The notes under the pieces are model-generated. The model saw nothing but the letters and a program-made list of their open reading frames with translations, was not told the DNA's origin and searched no databases. A stretch of 64,000 nt of DNA from Bilabrum cf. latius (Eukaryota). The DNA is taken from the NCBI GenBank assembly GCA_965178125.1, contig OZ237742.1:62001-126000 (forward strand), read 5' to 3'. The translations under genes were made by a program, and so were the position numbers. Positions 1-13,878 of the stretch are shown piece after piece (the first letter of the stretch is position 1; the number at the start of each line of letters is the position of its first letter).

Positions 1-1636
1 TTCGCCCTACGCCTGGACATACTCCGTCCCATCTCAGGTGGGCGAGCAAGTTGATGGTCCTCTGAACCGTTTGAGTCAGGGACGCTGGGTAGTGGGGCAC
101 TAGGAGCAGCCTCTCCTGGCATGATAGACCACCTAGCTCGACGCACAGTCCTTCGGACCTCGACATTGGCCGAGCCGAGCGAAGTGCCCGAGTCTGAATC
201 GCTGTCGTGAACAGACTGAAACTCGGCGCTGCCATGGCTAGCATCAGAATGGCTCGCTACATCTACCAATGACTCCTGCCCCCTCGCAGAGAATACCCGT
301 TTGCCCTCCACACTAGCCACGCTGCCTCGATCCTCCCTGTCGAATGCACTTGCAGCCTGCCCTGCCTCCTAGCCGGCGCAGCTGTCGATACTCCGATCAT
401 CGTCGGTACACTGCACGTCATTATCGTAGCCAAGCATACCCCGTGGGGGCGAATTTCCGGTGCGCCCGTGCTTGTGATCGGAGACATCCTTCTAACGCCT
501 GCTAAACGGCGCGCTAGGGCATGCAGCATCACCACTTCGATGCCCCTGCTTCGATTGACCGCGGCTCAATGCATTCTTGTGCCGAGGGGAGTCTAGTACA
601 GAGTCATTTCGCCGCTTGGTGTCAATATCTCGTCGCCGCCTTGATTTGGACGAGACACCCACCTTGGTCCGCACACGCCTGCCCGCATCGGCCTGCAAGT
701 GCACGCCGCTGTCCGGCACCCCACTCGTCTCTCTGCTGGCTCCCTCTCTCTTGTGGGTCGATGACCGCCTCGAGCGACTCCGATGCCGGCTAGACACCTG
801 GCGGCTTTCGCTGGGAGTCGGCCTGTCGCTCGACTGCTGCAGGTCGGAGTGCGGCTGGCGCTGGCCTGTCTTGCGGCCTGCTCCGATCGCAGAGGTACCC
901 CCTTCGTGCCACCGCCTCTGCTCCACAACCACCATTTCATCACCATCACTACGAGCATGTGGTGGCAGTGCGGTCTCTTGTGCGGGCTTGTCCCTACCCG
1001 AAGCGGCAGGGGAGACAGGTCTGACAGGACCAGGAAGATGCCGGCCTTGCCGCTTCTTTCGCTAGGACCGCCGACCTGAACTTGAATTGACGACCACATT
1101 ATGCGAATCTTTGTGAACTCCTCGGCGACTGCTACGATGCCCATGCCTTCGATTTCGCCTTGACGTGGCTTCCCGTGGTACCGAGGATGCCACCTTGTCA
1201 TCTGCGGGGTCTTCCCTGTCCTGCCTGCCAAGTATTCCATCGGCCGCCACACCACGTGGACTTCCTGCAATACTCTTGTGCACATAAGCATCCAGCTTGC
1301 GCATTCCAAAAGAGCTCCTTTCATCGTTGATTCCGTCGAATCGACCAGTATCTGCGATACGTACAGATAAGGATAGGATGCGCAGTACTATCCAGGAGCC
1401 GACGCAAGGAGAATTGTCATGAACGAACTGCACACACCTTCGGGGATATCGTCTTGGGATGGAGCGATACTGCTCGCACGGGGTGATACGAACAACGCCT
1501 GCTTCCGCCTCTTTCTGCTACCTCGGCTCTGTCTTTGCAGCTACGGAGAGAGACCATCGTCCGAGAGATTCGCAAGACCTATTGATCCTGATTCATTGCT
1601 ATCAACAGGAGACAGGGCACTAATTGGCGACACCAT
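1..1636 (-). CDS. Hypothetical Arg/Ser-rich low-complexity protein, 3' end runs off the window
   Basis: ATG at 1636 (MVSPISALSP), GT-AG intron 1437..1352, then one frame open to position 1 if TAG=Gln. This joins track ORFs 1062..1433 and 492..935. No domain recognised. Confidence 0.55.
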
Positions 1637-1825
1637 GATTGCCCCAATTGTGTGACCTCAACGTTCGCGAAGGATGAAATAGCACGTTACAAAGGAACCG
1701 CAACGGCGATTGCTCAAGTTTGCACCGTAGCAGCAAATATTAGCCGCAATTGCAGCAATTACTTGCTTTACGAACCTGCTTTTTAATCTTTCAAGGTATC
1801 CAGCGGTTCTGATTGGAATACAACC

Positions 1826-4800
1826 ATGCAGTTGTCAGGTGCAGCAGCTCCATTTTTTGGATCCATGTTCTTTCGAGAGGATTTTGACTTTGCCCCGTAA
1901 GTCTACCGCAGCCGGGGTGATAATCGGAGTACCATTTATTCTGGTGCTGAAGGGATCCGCTGATCATCGCGCTGCTCCAATTCTTTGCAAGTCGCAGGTT
2001 CGCTGAATTGGTGCTCCTGCTTGGGTTCTATTTCAACTTTGCTCACACTTGGGGACGACTAGTTGAGCAAGATAACTGTAAAGCGCCTACCTTTATGGAT
2101 TACGTCAAGCGATGGCGGCTCGAAAACAATGCAACTCAGCTGATCGTGCTTTGTAGTGCTGTGCATGTATTGCTGGGCGCCCACACCGATGGCACCATTT
2201 TGGCCTGGATGCGAGTGGCTGCCTGGGTTTTCTTTGCTTCAACTATCTACGTTCTTGGACGCAAGGTTGATGGACCAGAAGACGTTCCTGAGGCCGTTCT
2301 ATCAGAGTGCAGGATGGAACGCATACAATGGCATCGTCGTTGGCTCCGCAAACGAATGAGTGGCGCGCGGCTTTGGCTGCTGCTCATGGGATCTCTGTAG
2401 GTGTATGCTTTGGCAAGTGGAATATTCTACTGGATGTCTGCGGTAGCGGCAGAGCAGCAGATCATCGAGTCTCAAGGGGTGGGAGGCCCATTCGCAGCTG
2501 TCCAGGTGGTCTGCTGGCGGCACATCTTCCACGCCCCTCGAGTCGTGGCTATGTGCTGCTGTATTGTTATGGGGATGCTCGCATTCCAGGAGATATGGTG
2601 CTGCCGATCCAAAGAGTTCGTGGGCGATTTCTCGCAGACCGAGCTGGAGTCATTCCCGTGGCCCGAGGGGCAGCCGGGCCACTTCGACTTCCAGAGGAAA
2701 CCGGACCGGGTCGAGTTCGGACGCAGCCTGCGGATCGTGGCCGTAACAGTGGGTACCCGAGGGGACGTCCAACCATACGTGGCGCTTGGCAGATATCTCG
2801 CAGACCAGGGCCACCGCCTGGTGATCGCCTCGCAGTGGAACCATCGGGCATTCGTGGAGGCAGCCGGCATCGATTTCGTCGATGTGGGCGTCCCACAGCT
2901 GCAGTAGCCAGAGACGTGGCTCACTATTCGGTCCATCGGAGAGATGATGGGCACTACAGTCAACTACATGCTACAGCGGCCGATGCCCGAGCCAGAGGGC
3001 CCGCCCGGGCGGTGCACGCCCCGAGCTCCGGACGGGTCGCCGCAGCGGGACCCCCCTCGCAGCACCGGGCGAGGTAGGGCCCCATCGAGAGAGGGGCCGC
3101 GCCGCACTGAAAGCTCTAAATCCGGTGCAAGCGGCTACGAAGTGATGATGAAGGCGGTGTTCGAGGTCGGCAAGGGGACCCACGTCGAGCTGCAGGCGGG
3201 CGCGCTCAGGACGGATGGGAAGCGTACCCCTGACGCTGTTGGGCAGCGTCACTGGCAGCAAGTGGCAGATGTGATCGTGTCAACGAACCACACGATATCG
3301 CAGGTGCAGATGACTGCTGCCAAGCTGGGCATTCCTATGTTCAACTTCAAGTTGCAGCCGGACGTCTGCACGGCCGGGTACGGCCCACCAGGGATGCGGT
3401 CGCATTCGAACGGCTTCATGAACCAGCTGCACCACCACTAGACTTGGGGTGACATCGTGCAGGCTGCCGTCCGCAGTGGGATCACAGAGCAAGAAAAGGG
3501 CTTCCGCCGGGTGCTGGGGCTCCGCGATGAGTCTTTCAAGGGGTTCTTCCGGGGCTTCTACTACCAGCCGACGGTGGGCTGTTTCTCTCGCATACTGATT
3601 CCATCCCCGGATGAGGACCCAGATTTTTCGTTTTCCGCTGGGTTTTTCATGACGGATGACGACGAGTATGAGCCTCCGATTGGACTAGCTCTCTTTCTAA
3701 AAGACCTCGATATTCTAAACGACGCGGAGGACTCTGGCCCGGCCCCAGACAGACACAAGCTGTCCAGGGATAGCACTGACTTCCTGCTGGACTGCGCGGC
3801 AGAGTGCGCCGGAAAGTCAAGGAGGCTGTCAGCATCAAACCGAGAGCAGTTGGAAGCTATGTGCAACCAGTTCCCGGACCACAAAGACATGCCAGCTTCG
3901 GATAGCCGGCGAGTGGCTCGAGCCACAGCGACAAGGCCGGGCTTTTTGCACAAGAAGATTGTGGCAGTAAACTTCGGCTCCATGGTCTTGGCTTCGAGGT
4001 CGGGACTCGTGTCACGGGTTGTTAACGAGGTGCTCCGAAGAGGTATGAAATGCCTTCTGATCACAGGGTGGGCTGATGTGCCAGACGGCATCCCCCGCAA
4101 CAACCCGGACTTGCTGTGCATGAAGGGCGTACCGCACGGCTACGCTTTCCGCTGGGTCGATTGCGTGGTTCATCACGGTGGAGCTGGTACCACTGCCCGG
4201 GTGTTGTCCTGCTCGAAACCGGCTATTATTGTCCCGATTTTGAGGTGGGCAGATCAGCTGCAGTGGGCGGAGTGGATTGATCGCCGGCAGTTTGGCGTCA
4301 TGATCGACGAGCGGGATCCTCCCGTTGACTCTATCCGCGCTGCTTTGGACAAAGTTTTTGCCTCGGGGAAGCCGCTGCGGGCTGAGTTTGGAGGCACGAC
4401 CAAGGTTCGCCAGTCGTTGAATGAGATACAGAAAAGGACAGATATTTTTGGAGCGAGGCTCAGGGTTGAGCCTTCTCTGGAGAGGGCAGAGGCAGCGCTC
4501 ATGTCGTGTCTGTGCGAGCAGATGCTGCCGCCTGCTGAGGTGGACCTGGTGCGCCGAGATATCCTGGCGGTTGAGGATGGATCCGAGCCTGATTTTGCTG
4601 ACGTGCCAGATCCCGAGGCGCTCACGGTCGTGCAGGGCATGTGCTTCATCAATTGCGTGTGTTGCCATGCGAGGCGGGTGGAGCTTGGACTCCGGAAAGG
4701 CAGTATCGTTTATGCTGACGATGCTTAGAAGTCTGATCAGCTTGTGCTGCAAGGAACAGAGCGGCCAGGCACTACTGCTGCTTCGTAGCTGCTGGACCAA

Positions 4801-6807
4801 AGCATGGTAGAGTCTCGTCAGTCTGACGACGGAGGCATGGGCAACAGCGGAGGCACGACGCGCATTGACCTGTCACCTCGGGACCCACTCGCTTCAGCAA
4901 TAGAACCTCAGCAACAAAATCATAGCGCAACCTCTGACATAGCAAGCGCTTCGATTGCTAGCGAGTCTTCTTCAGTGTAGCAAGTACTGGAGCAGCTCCA
5001 AGATGCCCCTGAGAGCGCTAGTCCTGATTTCGAGTCGGGTCGTGAGGATGGACTGCCTGCGGATGCAGAGGAAAAGCAGGGGCAAGCACCTGAAGACCTG
5101 CAAGCTGTAAATGACCACACGCGCGCCTCAGGGGTTTTCGAACGAGCCTTACATGCGGACAGATCCTTGTCCGGTGACACCTCTCAGCTGGACGACACTG
5201 CCAATGATGGCATTGTCGCCACTGTGTATCGCCCAAGCTTGATTTTGCAACAGCAAGACCAGATTGCTGGGGCGGCGGCATCGAGTCCGATGTATGATTC
5301 TGAGGATGACGATGAAGACGTCGACGGCAGTGATATAACTGGCGAAGACGACTCTGTCTCATCAGTCGAGAGCGATGGCGAAGGAGGCCATCATGAAAGC
5401 TCTGCTTCGAGATCCTCGGGAAGTCCTTCATCAGAGCCGTCCGGTAGACACAGCGTCATTTCACAGCGCAGATACGATAGCGCTGGGCACATGCTGGTCA
5501 GTACGTACCTCGAGTCTAGCCCACAGGGATCCAGGTCGGAGTCGCGCGCCAGAGATCGCAACCAGATGGCCCAACCTTTGATGGCAGAACCGGAGGGTGA
5601 GAAACAGGAAAGGCAGGAGGAGCAGGGTGATGAGGAGGAACAGGAGCAGGAAGAGGCGGAGGAACACGAGAGCGTTGTGGGAACAGGGGCGACGTCAGCA
5701 TAGCTCAGGCGCAGTACCAGGCTGCGCAGTCGAAGTCGCAGCGTGAACGTGAGCATGAGCCTGCAGGCAGGTGATTCCGACGCAGAGTCCAAGGGGGTGC
5801 CGAAGCGCATACTGCCTGCGCGACGAACTCGCAGCCAACGGAACAAAGAGTCGCAGCAGAGCGCGGCGGAGTCCCCTGCTCAGGGCACTCGCAGCAGTAG
5901 CAGACTTCGTGTTGCGCATTCTGGCACCAGCCCGTCTGCGGGAGAGTCTCCGCGCAAGTCAGCCCGGACTGAGTCCAGGCGAGTGGCAGCTTCGCCCACA
6001 AACCGGGGTCGGTCGGAGTCTACGAGCCGGAGTGAGGCGGAGAGCCCGTCTGCGTCCAGCCAGGGCAAGGCGAAGAGCCCGTCTGCGTCCAGCCAGGGCA
6101 AGGCGAAGAGCCCGTCTGCGTCCAGCCGGGGCAAGGCGAAGAGCCTGTCTGCGTCCAGCCAGGGCAAGGCGAAGAGCCCGTCTGCGTCCAGCCAGGGCAA
6201 GGCGAAGAGCCCGTCTGCGTCCAGCCGGGGCAAGGCGAAGAGCCCGTCTGCGTCCAGCCAGGGCAAGGCGAAGAGCCCGTCTGCGTCCAGCCAGGGCAAG
6301 GCGAAGAGCCCGTCTGCGTCCAGCCAGGGCAAGGCGAAGAGCCCGTCTGCGTCCAGCCAGGGCAAGGCGAAGAGCCCGTCTGCGTCCAGCCGGGGCAAGG
6401 CGAAGAGCCCGTCTGCGTCCAGCCAGGGCAAGGCGAAGAGCCCGTCTGCGTCCAGCCGGAGCAAAGCGAAGAGCTCGTCTGCACCAACTGATCCTGCTGC
6501 CTAGACCGGAGTGGCCTTGCGGCTGCGAAGGAGGTCGAGGTCAAGAGAGCCGGAAGGGGTTGCCGGTGGGGCCGCATCGGGCCACCAAGAGGCCACAGGC
6601 GGGGCAAGTAGGCGGTCAAGCAGACAGAAAAAGCTCCCTCCTGTACCTGAACATACAGGAGCTGAACTACCCGAGGTCGGTGGAGGCTCCGGAAGCCAGA
6701 CCCGGCGAGCGAGTCGATCAGCAGAATCGGAGAGAAAGGCTCCTTCTGTGCGCGTCACCAGGCGAAGCTCTCGTCTTGCGTCGAAGTCACAAGAGAGGGA
6801 AATCTGA
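1826..6807 (+). CDS. Sterol 3-beta-glucosyltransferase-like GT-B enzyme with N-terminal membrane region and long disordered C-tail (~1626 aa)
   Basis: Exon 1826..1896, intron 1897..1997 (GTAAGT..CGCAG), then one frame to TGA at 6807 with 8 in-frame TAG. Motifs VTVGTRGDVQPYVALG and VPHGYAFRWVDCVVHHGGAGTT..P..DQLQWA. Confidence 0.85.
6037..6483 (+). repeat. Coding tandem repeat, 33-nt unit x ~13.5 (AKSPSASS[Q/R]GK)
   Basis: Unit gcgaagagcccgtctgcgtccagc(c[a/g]g)ggcaag repeated head to tail inside the glucosyltransferase C-tail. Confidence 0.95.
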
Positions 6808-6992
6808 TCTCTTCTGGAAAGAATGTATTATTGGCATGTTCACGCGCGCTGCACCGCTATTATCGCGGTATCTTCAGTTCTGCTCAATCGGCGAATCCAC
6901 TCGTCACAACAAATTTGGCTTTGCCGGCCAAGCAACGACACGAATTCGAATTGCTCCTTGGTTCTGTGTGATATTCAGGCACGCACTTAGGC

Positions 6993-9900
6993 ATGGCGTC
7001 CCCACCACCCACGCCAGTCAAGAAACGATAGAGTAGACTCTCGAACTCTGCAACTGTTTAGCGTACAATAAGTTTGTTTGATTAGCAGTGGCGAGGACTT
7101 GGCCCGGTAAGTGCATCGCCAACGGCTGGTTAGGTTCCGAGCCCCGATGTCGTTCGGAGGAGGCGCCGCTCAAGTCTGCCTGGAACTAGCTCCGAATAGG
7201 CACCATAGTCGCGCTTTGCGGCAAATTTCGAGATTCTTTGCACTCTTGGAAGTGGCAGGTGAGATTTCGTTTTGCACAACTGCAAGTGTGGTGTTTCAGG
7301 CAATTTCAGAGGACTAAAGTTTGGAAGCCTAGCAGTGGAGGTTTCGATTATGGTTTCGTTTGATGTGTTTGCGCGACTGTGTCTATGTTTTCAATCCGAG
7401 GATTGATTCTGTACGGATGTTTAGGGCTCCCTCCACTCAGCGCTGTTTCGTTCGCAGTTTCGGAACGGTGTACAAGTGCCGGAAACACATGGATAAATCT
7501 ATCTACGCAATCAAAAAGTCGAAGAGGCCAGTCAGAAGCTCATCCGAAAGAAAGTAGACGATGCAAGAGGTTAGCTGGAAAACTTGAGTTCGCTGAACCG
7601 TTCGCTCCTACTGTTTCCACTCTCCAATAGGATATTGTAACGCTCACAAGCATTGCAGGTATATGCATTAGCAGCAATGCGCTCTACTTCGCACGTAATT
7701 AGGTATTATGAGAGCTGGTGGGAGCACGGTGGCGAAAGCGACGGCTACCATCTGTTTCTGCAGACTGAGGCTTGTGATGGAAATCTACGAGATTTGTGCA
7801 AGGAATTAGCCAATCCGAGCTAGTCACCAGCAGAACTTAGGGAGAACTTGTCATCGAATCCGTTGACGCAACCAGGGCGCGCGCCAGGCCCCGGAGCAAG
7901 TGCTGCGGCTTGGGAGGCTGCCGGGCCAGTCAGTCTAAGATTGCCGCAAGCTGAATCATCCGAAACCCCAAGGGCCGTTAGTATGGATCCAGTTTCCAGT
8001 GGACGAGCAGGTGATGCATTTGCAGGCCAGGCCCACGCTGGCTGGGCACAGCCGCGTTGCCGCAGCCGCGTCCGGAGCGGGTCGACTGGGAGTGGCTGGC
8101 ACGCCAGTGGCAGGGGCAGGAGGAGAGGGAGCGACCCCAGCCCCATGGTGTTCCCTGGACCTCCAGAAAAGGGAAAACAGGACACACTCGGGGTGTCATT
8201 GCCGATGGAGGGGGAAGCGGGCGGTGCATGGGATGCAGGTGGAGGAGGGCTGACCCCCGGGCCCTCCCCCGTTGGGTTCGCCCCGTGGAAGCAGGGCGGC
8301 ACTTCTGCGAGTGGGCACGCAGGAGTAGCCTGGCAGCTGTCTTCGAACAGCTCACATCCCGCGCATCCATCGAGACTCGAGTCGCCCGTTCCTCTCTAGC
8401 ACCCAGGGGGTTCAACTGCCCAGGCGGGCACTGGCAGCAGCAAAGAACAGCCCGGTTGCGGGAGCTATTTCTAGGTGTCGGACGCCGGTGGGTCAGCAGA
8501 GGCCTGTGCACCCGACCCGGTCCGCATGGGCCGCACGGATTCTTTTCTCTCCCAGGGCAGCGATGGGGCGGGCTGGCAAGGGGTGCATGCACCACCTCGC
8601 TTGCCGCGATCCAGGGGGTTGGAAGAGCCGCGGGCAGCGCGTGGGGCATGGGACGGGAGTGCTGGCCACCCTCCGAGTGGTTTGCGCATCCGTGCGCCGC
8701 CGTAGCAACCTGTGGCTCCCTCCCGGGCGGTCGCAGCTGCCGACCAGGCCGTTGCCCCGGGCAGCGCAGTAGAACTCGCCGAGACGCCGAGGGAGTGCGT
8801 GCGGCGCACAGGGTTGGGGGCAGGTCCGGCTGTCCACGGAGTCTAGACTCTGGGAAGTGGCCGCAATGATCAGGTAGAGACGCCCATGGGACTTGGCAGG
8901 GGCACCAGCAGCAGCCGGCAGCCCCCTCTGCGCCCTGGCGAGTTTCAGTCGGCGGGCAGCATGACCCGGGCGTCGTTCGGCGATGCCAGCCTGCCTGGGA
9001 GTCGGGCGTCTGCGGACCAAGTGCTGCCACTGCGCCACTCGGTGCAAGTGCCTATGCTGGACACGACGCACGCCGATGCAGAGATGCCAGTCCCGGCGCC
9101 GCAGTTTGGCGGTGGAAGGGCGCAGTTGGAACAGCACAGCCTGCCTGGGAGCCGATCGAGCAGCCGCGGACACGGCGGCATTCCCCTCCCCACGATGGAC
9201 GCCATGGTGGGGGGCAACACCCCTCCAGCGGAGACGTGGGCCCCACCTCCGGAGGCGTTCCTGGTGGAAGTAGTGCGACAGTGCTTGCTAGGCTTGAAAG
9301 ACCTGCACTACTACTCGACCCCGCTCGTGCATCTTGATATCAAGCCCGGCAACTTGCTGTTCCAGAGGGTGCGGCGGGCCGCTCAGGTTGGGGTGGGTCG
9401 TGCAGCAGCTGAAAAGGTGCGGGCCAGGGTGGAGAAGGCTACTGGATCGGCTGTCCGCCCTGGCACGGGCCCACTCGATCAAGCCACTGGGTCGGCATCA
9501 GGCGGCGCAACCTCAGCTAGCTGTCGACCGGGCCCCGCCCCGATGCAAAGGACGGATTCGGGAGACTCTGACGCAGATGAGCCGTCCATGCCTCTGCGCA
9601 GCCCCGTCAGCCATGCCCCTATCTGGGACATCAAGGTCAGTGGCACCAGTGGAACTGCTAGCAGCACGATGGGCTCCTCCTCCAGCAGCGCAGCGCAGAA
9701 CCAGCAATCTAGCCTGCCTCCGAGTGGCTCGCAGCGCGCCAGGAGCAGGGCACACACACTGAGCAGTCGGGGCCACGCGGACGCACCACTGAAATCTGTG
9801 TGTGACCCGCCCTCCAGTGACGTAGAAAAGCGCGCCATAAGCTCGATCAACTATGGCGGTCTCTTTGTTGTCAAGATCTGCGACCTTGGGTTGGCGACCC

Positions 9901-12900
9901 GGGCCGACAGCAAGTACGGCGTGGAGGACGGCGACCCGAGGTACCTGGCGCCTGAGCTACTGGCGGAAGATTTCAGCGACCTACCCAAGGCAGACATATT
10001 TAGCCTGGGTGCCAGCATTTACGAGCTAGCCTTAGGGCAGCCTCTGCCTCGCTCAGGCCCGGGGTGGCACAGGCTGAGAAGCGGGGACCCTCCCGCGCTG
10101 CAAGGGTATTCGCAGCCGTTCAATGGGCTCCTCAAGAGCATGTTGCAGCCCGATCCCACTGCTCGGAACAACGCCCGCATGATGCTCGCCCACGAAGCAC
10201 TCACCAGCAGGCTCGAGTTCCTGCTCATGAGGGAGCAGAGGCGCAGCGATGCGTTGCAGCGGCACTTGATCCGAGCTGTGCGGCGGGCGCAGCGCCACCA
10301 CAAGTACATTGGAAATTTCAGGCACCGTGCGACTGTCGACTTCAACGCAGGGACACGATAGCCGGTGTTCGGTCGGAACCTTGATGTCTCAGGCGGGCAG
10401 CAGCCCCCACTGGAGGCTCAGTCGGACATTCCGATGGCTCGAACATCGTCAGACATTGGGCTCGTCTCGTTCGACAGGCCCGGAGAGGGGGCAGGCTCAA
10501 CGGGTGGCGATCACAGCGCAGGCCTCGGGGTGCATTACGACGCCGGCGACCTTCCTCGGGCCTCGTCGTGGGTGGGAGAGCGGCAGGGAGCTAACATGGA
10601 GCCCGACGTGGGGCATGGCGATAATGAGGACTTCTTCGTCGTCCATGGCAAGGCTACTGCGCACGCCTCAATGCCCCCACCAAGTTCGCAGTCATCTACA
10701 GAGGCGGACTTTCGCCCGCTGTTTGGCCGATTAGCGAGCCAGAGTCCGACCCCCCGGCACTACAGACAAAGCTAGCAGCATCAGGCGTGTCGCTAGATAG
10801 GCGACACCAGGGATCGTGCGAGTAGCGGGCCAGCTGCTTCGCTGCAGATTCCAGCTTCTCTCGAGACCGCCAGTCGTTAGCCCAAGGGGCAGGCTGGTTC
10901 AACCAGCCCCAGTGCTCACAACGATCAGTCCGGTCGCGCTGAACGCACCGAACAGCCACCGAGTGCACAGAACGCGCAGCTAGGGCACCTTCAGCGCCCG
11001 GCTTCCTGCGCGGTTCTTGAGGAAGTCTTGCATGCCACGCAGCCGCTGGACGAGGACGAGCAGGAGCCGCCGCAGTTGATGCGAGCTCACGGTGTTGACC
11101 TGCGTGCCCCGACGCCTGGCTCCGATAGCGGAGATTTTGGACAGTTCGATTTCAGCGGCGAGCAGGCCAACCGTGAGCACCAGCACCAACCGATATCCGC
11201 CCCATCCATGGGTGCCCGAGGGCGGGCGTATGCCAGCGCAAGCCCGGGCCAGCGTGGGCGGCAGTTCCCCGAGCCGATACCAGAGCATGCCCCCCTGAAT
11301 GGCAGACGCATGTCGAGCGCATCGTAGAACTCCGGCTGGGGGTCAGGGTCCGGGTCGGCCGGTACCGCCCTGGAGACATCGTTTGTCAGCGTGTCCACGG
11401 TTGCGAGGACAGCAGCGGCGGGCCAAGGAGTCGCGGAGGGCGAGGCGGGCCCAGGTCGTGAACTGCATGCAGGAGCTTTTGCTGCCGCAGGGGACTTGGG
11501 GTCAGCTGCCAGCATGTCCTCGAGCGAGCATGCTAGCAACAGCAGCGACCATTCGCGCAGGACGGGCGGCTCAGTTGCCCCGGGGCTTGTGGCTGCGGCC
11601 CAGGAGTCCTTCCTGTCGCCCGATCCGCCTGTCGGCAGGACAGCAGAGTCATTCCCTCGCACGGATGTGACGGGCGATCCTAGGTCCGCACCGGGCACTG
11701 CCCTTCGGACCCAGAGACCGGACCGCATGCTGTCTCCGCGGCAGTACAGCAACGGAGAGCATGGGCCAGCGTCGACCTCGAGGGGGGATTCGGCCGGAGA
11801 GCACGGTGGCGCGCAGAGAGCACTCAACTTCGGCGCTCCGCAGGCCGCTGGTGGCGTCAACCGCCCGGAGATTCCGTTGATTTAGACGGCCCCTCTTCGT
11901 CCCAGCCCAGAGAGGCCCCTCTCCAGCAGGAGCGGGCAGGTGCGCACGCCGTTCAGCAGAGGCAGCCGCTCGCACGAGAGGAGAGGGTCGATGGGAGGAC
12001 CCCCCGGCGGGTCCTCCAAGTCTTTGCTGCTAGACCCAGATACGGCGCCTGGAGCTCCACCGCGCGCCATCAAGCGATCGTATTCTCAAGCTCGCCTTGG
12101 GGACGGCCCGCAGGCCGTGCACATCGGTGGCGGGGCGTCTGTGGCCCGTGTGCCTGGCGGGGTGCTTGGCGGGCGCCCTCTGCACGTGGCGAGACACCTG
12201 GTGGAACCGCAGGATCCTCGGGTGCAGAGCCCACGCGACCGCGATGACGATCGATCAGACGGGGGATGGTCTAAGCCACCGCTGTCCCCGCGCACTTCTG
12301 TGTCGGGCAGCGGGCCAGGTCACAGCACGGCATTCGTGGCAAGGGGTGGAAGCGACGGCGGGTCCCGTGGGGAGCCCGCATCGGAGAATAGGCGGGCGGG
12401 ACGCGAACAAGACGGCGAGTCCTTGGCAGACCGGGCGAGCCAACTCGCAGGCACGCCCAGGTCCAGGTCCACCACTCATCGGTCCCGCAGGCGTGACTGG
12501 GACGCGGGCCAGCAGAATGCTAGCAGCGAGGCAGGGCCGGACCCTGCAGCCCTTGGCTCGAGCACCCCGCCTTCTAAGGTGCGGCGCACAACGAGCGTGT
12601 CGACTCCCGGGAGTGCCCGCGTGTCCCGCCAGATCCATTCGGACCTCCTGGACGGGCACGTGCGGGGCTCGGTCGAGATGGAGTGGCCGCACGTGGGCAC
12701 CATGGCGGGGCAGCGGGCGGGGCCCAGTGCCCGTCCCAGCCAGGAGGCTATGAGCGGCCAGGCAGGCGGCTCTGGATGGAGGCCAAGCCACGCGGCGGGG
12801 CGGCCCATGGCGCGCAGGGGCGGGCCAGTGCGAGCTACCCGGGAGGTCTCTCAGGATACTGCGACTGGGGTGCGGCAGGAAGGGAGCCCTGGCGGTAGCA

Positions 12901-13739
12901 CGGCAGTGGGCACATATGCCAAGTGCAAGGTGCAAGGCGAAGGGCCCTCGCTCTCGTCGGAAGGGACGGGGCGGCGGGCGCAGGGCACTCCGAGCAGCGT
13001 GCGGGTGGCGGGCGAGGCTCTGGGCAAGCTGTGCATCGGATCCGTCGATCGATCCGCGCGAGAACACTAGTAGGGTGCAAGCGAGACATGGGAGAAAGGG
13101 GTTCGGAGCTCAGCCACAGGCAGCACGCCCTCGCCTCCGGATGCAGGTGTGGATGACGATGCAGGTGTGGGGGGCATAGAAGGAGGTGCAGGGGCGGAGG
13201 ATCGGTCTCAGCGTGGGCTGGTGCCTGAACTGGACCTTGGAGGGGCTCCCATGGCTGGGTCCCCTGTGCGGGATCCTCCCTTTGCGTGGGCCGGTGCAGG
13301 TGCCAGTGGGGAGGACTCGTCAGTGCCAGCTCCTGGGCGAGTGCAAGGCGCTGGCGCAAGCACACAGGGGCGGCAAGAGGGGTGGTCAGACCCAAGGCCT
13401 CTCTCTGCTACAGATTAGAGCAGTAGCAGTAGCAGTAGCAGTAGCAGTGGTATCACGGCCAGTGGGGCTCGCGCACCGCTCAAGGCAAGCGCTGGAGCCG
13501 CGCAGTCCAACAGCAGTCCGCTGGTCAAAGCCCCCGGGCTGCGGGTATCTCCGCAGCTGGACAGGTTCAGGGGCACACAAAGGAAGTATGCAATACCAGC
13601 AGCATCAGGTGAAGACCTTTGGAGCTCGCCCCACATCGTAGGCGAGAGCGAGATAGGGGCCAGCCTTGTGAAGCGCTCGCTGGGAGTGGCCATGGAGGAG
13701 GCTGGGAGTCGGGATGGCAGCACGAATATGCTAGAGTGA
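6993..13739 (+). CDS. WEE1: Wee1/Myt1-family protein kinase with large low-complexity insertions (~2150 aa)
   Basis: Exons 6993..7258, 7458..7569, 7659..13739 (TGA). Motifs SRFAANFEILCTLGSGSFGTVYKC, IYAIKKSKRP, EVYALA, HVIRYYESW, HLDIKPGNLL, KICDLGLAT, EDGDPRYLAPELL, KADIFSLG. About 20 in-frame TAG. Confidence 0.85.
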
Positions 13740-13878
13740 TTTCCAGAGTTGCTATGCGATGCACTGCAGAAATTCGCAGTCTTGACAAACGGCAGCGTTG
13801 CACCAGTACCGGCTCCGAATTTCAGTGTTGCAAATTTCGAAATAATGATGGCACGACTGCGAAATTGATTGGCGCGTT

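Noticed and set aside
5771-7036. 421-aa Arg-rich ORF (RRARLRPA)n and the antisense repeat ORFs
   Set aside because: Off-frame shadows of the 33-nt coding repeat in the glucosyltransferase tail.
7107-7133. 27-nt mini-intron (GTAAGT..TAG) in Wee1 exon 1
   Set aside because: It is in frame and reads VSASPTAGQ under TAG=Gln, so no intron is needed. It is much shorter than the other introns and cannot be resolved without cDNA.
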